From an uncultured Verrucomicrobiae bacterium (GTDB lineage Bacteria > Verrucomicrobiota > Verrucomicrobiia > Chthoniobacterales > Chthoniobacteraceae), in contig CAWHEP010000003.1 in the NCBI GenBank assembly GCA_963828525.1, forward strand, positions 64,001 through 128,000: DNA of 64,000 bases, in the 5' to 3' direction. The position numbers and the translations under genes were made by a program. Every line of letters begins with the position of its first letter. The stretch's first letter is position 1. Below, one piece after another: positions 60,433-64,000 of the stretch. Under the pieces are notes generated by a model, which ran no database searches, was not told the DNA's origin, and saw nothing but the letters and a program-made list of their open reading frames with translations.

Positions 60433-60936
60433 TCATACAGCACTTTGGGCAAACGCCCGCTGAAGTTCTTGTGGAAACTCGAAATGCGCCAGCCATGATG
60501 CGGCGTCACGCCTCGCGGCCCTCTCCAAAGCACCCCATTCGACGCCCACAGGCTGCGTGCCCGCAGACCGTATCATTCTGTTGATAAAAGCGGCGTAAAC
60601 AATATAACTCGCAATTCCTTGAACATCCCACTCCATGAAATTCTTGCCGATGCCCAATATTCCGAAGGCTGGCAGCCACGCTCCATTGCCAGGCAGATCG
60701 ATCAGCCATGTCACCCGAGGCATGCCGAAGAACTGCGCCAGCGAAGCGTCTCTATGGGAGACAAGCAAGTGCGCGTCATGACACATCGCGACAAAGCGGT
60801 TATTCCCCATTACCAGAAATCCCTCCATGCGCACGCGCTGATATCTAAAGATGATGCTTAATACAAGATAGAGACCCCTCATGAGTTGTGAGGCCAGCGT
60901 CGAAGCTCCCTGAATCAATACAACGCGCAGCGGCAT
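60433..60936 (-). CDS. Putative immunity protein B
   Basis: ATG 20 nt after the toxin B stop. The call is positional only. Confidence 0.45.
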   Translation of the reverse strand: MPLRVVLIQGASTLASQLMRGLYLVLSIIFRYQRVRMEGFLVMGNNRFVAMCHDAHLLVSHRDASLAQFFGMPRVTWLIDLPGNGAWLPAFGILGIGKNFMEWDVQGIASYIVYAAFINRMIRSAGTQPVGVEWGALERAARRDAASWLAHFEFPQELQRAFAQSAV

Positions 60937-60956
60937 GGTGCGAGGTTAAGGAGGGA

Positions 60957-62119
60957 TTACGGCATTAAAAAATCTGGGAGGCCAAACGGCTCTGGATCCC
61001 CGGGCGAAACAGAAGTGCCCCCTTCGAAACCTGGGCTTAAGGGCATCCAAGGTAGACCTTGGGGCGGGAATGGCCCCAATTCGGGGATGCCAGCCCTCTT
61101 AGCCTTTGGCGGACAGCCGCCGTCTGCTCCACGGTCGCCTGCATTACGTTTGTCTTGTTTACGTCTGGCTTCCTCCTCTTGCCGAACGCTCGAAGGCGGT
61201 CTGGACTGGGGGCCCGGATCGGTCGGATTCATCAGATTGTGGAGCCACAGTCCGAGTGCCGTGACGTATCCAGCTATATCCTGCCTCCAATCCAGCCCCA
61301 GAGGGTCTATACGATTTAGCGGATTGTTGCCAACATACCCATACAGATTGACTCCCCCGTCCTCCCCAATCGGATCGCGGCTGATCCACCTTCCCAAATC
61401 AGCGTTGTAGGCGCGATATAAGGTCAGGGCGAGGTGGCTCGGCGCGTGCAGGTAATCTCCCGTGAATCCGAAATCCGCCTCCATGCTTCCGCTGAGTTTT
61501 GTCCGCCTGCCGTAGGGGTCGTAGCTGTAACGCGCCTGGATCACCCCTGAACTGTCCGTCAACTCTCGTATGGAGCCGAGATGATCGCGGGTATAGAAGT
61601 AGTTCGATCCGGAAAGCTGCATTCCCTGCGGGTAGTAGCGCCTGGTGACGTTGTTGGAGGCGTCGCGTTCCTCGCAGATCTCCGTGCCGCACCAGAGCAG
61701 GTTTTTCGTGCTGATGACCGCGCCGTTGCTTTTCTCAACAATCTTGACTCTCCGGCTTAAGCCATCGTAGGTGAATTCAGAACGCAGGTTTCCAGGTTCG
61801 TTGACGGCGGTGAGCCGGTTGGCGGCATCCCACTCGTAAGTCTGCGCTCCGTCGTTTAGGAGGTTGCCGTCGGGATCATAGGTGAGGGTCTCATTTGTTC
61901 CGCGCGTGGCAACGATCTGCCATGTGTGCGTCGTCGTGTTACCCGCGGCGTCTTTGGCCTGATATGGATATTGTTCGTGCCGGTGGTGGCCGTGATCGTG
62001 CCCGCCAAGGGATTGGACGCGGGATTCAAGCCGGATGATACCCGGGCTGCGTCTCCGACACCGCGCCGCCCTAGCGGAGATCTCTCGGTCAGGCGCTCGA
62101 CAGTCCCGTTGAAATGCAC
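60957..62119 (-). pseudogene. Rhs orphan module B: core fragment (frameshift near 61960) plus Pro-rich tip
   Basis: Same core as A, C and D, with DHLGS, SRDPIG and DPLGL. One base is missing relative to copy A. The tip spans 60957-61292. Confidence 0.78.
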
Positions 62120-62305
62120 AGGGATGTTCTGCCAGAACACAGGCAGAACGGCAAATTCCAATCGGAAGGCGCTTTCGCGCTTTGACACTTCCTGCCGAGC
62201 CTGTTTATTCGTGCCTGTCGGCAGGCCCGACCCATCGAAGATGGAATGACGGCATACGAGACGCAAATATCAAGGAACAAACGCTCACCCTTTAGCCTTT
62301 TCCCG
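62003..62305 (-). repeat. Rhs-module leader repeat, copy B
   Basis: Colinear with 58385-58703 and 63864-64000. Confidence 0.75.
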
Positions 62306-62372
62306 CATTTCATGGCTTCACTCTCAGCCGGCTAATCCGAAGAGATGGCAGCCTCACCCTTGAAGCCTCAGA

Positions 62373-62753
62373 TCACCGCTTCTTAACCCCTCTAAACGAG
62401 GCATGTTCCTGCAAGCAATAACAAACCGAAACAAAGACGGGAACTAGAAACAGAAGTCTACTTGTTGCATGAGCATATGTTTCCGTGTCAGGAGCGTCAT
62501 CCCACGCCGCCGGGCTGAGGACCGCAACAAAACATACGATTGCAAGCGACGAGAACACGAGCTTCCCCAAGATGTAACCATAGCGTGATCCGCTCGCAAG
62601 CAGGAAAACAATGCACGCGCTAGCAAAGGACACAACCAAGGCATAACCTCCTACAAGAATGCATCTGATGGATAGCGCGATCAGCCCAGCGACAGCGAGA
62701 ATAGTACCCGCGGTAACCAACGTTTCCTTCCAAGTGCGTGTGAATAGAAACAT
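62373..62753 (-). CDS. Putative immunity protein A (about 4 TMs)
   Basis: ATG 13 nt after the toxin A stop with a GGAAGG RBS. Hydrophobic sequence. Confidence 0.65.
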   Translation of the reverse strand: MFLFTRTWKETLVTAGTILAVAGLIALSIRCILVGGYALVVSFASACIVFLLASGSRYGYILGKLVFSSLAIVCFVAVLSPAAWDDAPDTETYAHATSRLLFLVPVFVSVCYCLQEHASFRGVKKR

Positions 62754-62766
62754 TCGCCTTCCGCAA

Positions 62767-63981
62767 TCAGGGGCCTGTAGCAGGAGGGACACCTGGCCCC
62801 GGCGGAGGTGGGTTCCCGCTTGGATTGTAGCTATATCCTATACCTTCATACCCAGCAGCTACCTCGCTGAGAGACGGGCTCGAGAAGCTGGATGGGAGCT
62901 GACCGACACTATCTAGTGCGGCCTTTACTCCAGAGTAGGCGGGGGTTGCGATAGCCATGGAAACAGCACCCAGTATGCCATAGCCATCTGCTGACGACAT
63001 GAATGCCGAAAACATGAAGTGTTCAGCGTCTCGGAGTGCGTCGCAGCGCGGGTTGTTTGCACGCTGGTTTTTCAAATCGATCCAAGCGCTGTTCAGACTT
63101 CCGCCAGCCTGTTGCAGGGCATACTGTGCGATATTCCACGCTGCGTCGGAAAGCAACCCCAATAAGTCTCCAACAGCTATTGGGTTATTCTCAACATATG
63201 CGTAAAGATTGACTCCCCCGTCCTCCCCGATTGGGTCGCGGCTGATCCACCTTCCAAGGTCAGGGTTGTAAGCGCGATATAGAGTCAGGGCCAGGCTGCT
63301 CGGGACGTGCCAGTAGTCACCTGTAAAGCCGAAATTCGCCGCAAGGGTGCCGCTGAGCTTTGTACGCCTGCCGTAGGGGTCGTAGCTGTATCGCGCCTGG
63401 ATCGTGCCCGTGCTGTCGGTCAGTTCGCGAACTGATCCGAGATGATCCCGTGTATAAAAGTAGTTTGATCCGGAAAGCTGCATTCCCTGGGGATAGTAGC
63501 GCCTGGTTACGTTGTTAGAGGCATCGCGTTCCTCGAAGATTTCCGTGCCGCACCAGAGCAGGTTCTTCGTGCTGGTGACAGCGCCGTTGCTTTTCTCAAC
63601 AATCTTGACTCTCCGGCTTAAGCCATCGTAGGTGAATTCAGAGCGCAAGTTTCCGGGTTCGTTGACGGCGGTGAGCCGGTTCGCGGCATCCCACTCGTAA
63701 GTCTGGGTTCCGTCGTTTAGCAGGTTGCCGTCGGGGTCGTAGGTGAGGGTCTGGTTTGTTCCGCTCGTGGCGACAACCTGCCATGTATGCGTGGTCGTGT
63801 TACCCGCGGCATCCTTGGCGGTGATCTGGATATTGTTCGTGCCGGTGGTGGCCGTGATCGTGCCCGCCAGGGGGTGGGGCACAGGATTTAAGCCGGATGG
63901 TACTTGGGCTGCGTCTCCCACTCGGCTCCGCCATGGCGGGGCGCTCCATTTCAGGCGCTCGACAGTCCAGTTAGAATGCAC
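62767..63981 (-). CDS. Rhs orphan module A: core fragment plus helical toxin tip
   Basis: YD repeats, DHLGS, SRDPIG and variant cleavage motif DLLGL. The tip spans 62767-63153. Confidence 0.82.
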   Translation of the reverse strand: MHSNWTVERLKWSAPPWRSRVGDAAQVPSGLNPVPHPLAGTITATTGTNNIQITAKDAAGNTTTHTWQVVATSGTNQTLTYDPDGNLLNDGTQTYEWDAANRLTAVNEPGNLRSEFTYDGLSRRVKIVEKSNGAVTSTKNLLWCGTEIFEERDASNNVTRRYYPQGMQLSGSNYFYTRDHLGSVRELTDSTGTIQARYSYDPYGRRTKLSGTLAANFGFTGDYWHVPSSLALTLYRAYNPDLGRWISRDPIGEDGGVNLYAYVENNPIAVGDLLGLLSDAAWNIAQYALQQAGGSLNSAWIDLKNQRANNPRCDALRDAEHFMFSAFMSSADGYGILGAVSMAIATPAYSGVKAALDSVGQLPSSFSSPSLSEVAAGYEGIGYSYNPSGNPPPPGPGVPPATGP

Positions 63982-64000
63982 AGCGATGTTCTGTTACTTC
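63864..64000 (-). repeat. Rhs-module leader repeat, copy A (reaches window edge)
   Basis: Colinear with copies B and D through AATGCACAG.GATGTTCTG. Confidence 0.7.

Noticed and set aside
58113..64000. Diversity-generating retroelement, CRISPR array or integron
   Set aside because: The repeats are long coding Rhs cores. I saw no reverse transcriptase, cas or integrase gene, no short regularly spaced repeats and no adenine-specific variation.

Overview
Bacterial chromosomal segment of moderately high GC. Gene content and pilin type suggest Verrucomicrobiota, possibly Chthoniobacterales; this is my inference, not a database result. 1-19.5 kb is mostly housekeeping: sdhAB, an mreBCD-mrdA-rng operon, two prenyltransferases, radC, a lone wzm/wzt pair, tal, putA, an HTH regulator, tRNA-Arg(UCG) and a small basic DNA-binding protein. 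19.5-31.7 kb is the most distinctive block. It has two paralogous Ser/Thr-rich type IV pilins behind a sigma54-type promoter, each followed by a homologous hairpin. They are surrounded by five GT-C-fold membrane glycosyltransferases (two TMTC-like), a degenerate GT2-methyltransferase fusion and a parvulin foldase, which together make a candidate pilin glycosylation system. 31.8-49.7 kb holds a frameshifted class II ribonucleotide reductase with tandem NrdR boxes, a GT2, two hybrid histidine kinases (one with an ETR1-like ethylene-binding domain), a partial amino-acid ABC transporter, GH28, GH5, YihY and GT87. 50.4-57.7 kb has a GldAFG/DUF4340 ABC operon, a D-2-hydroxyacid dehydrogenase and a TatD-family gene. 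57.7-64 kb has a transposase scar and an array of orphan Rhs toxin-tip/immunity modules, three of which share a diverged leader of up to ~300 bp. At least seven single-base frameshifts in otherwise intact genes look like assembly errors.
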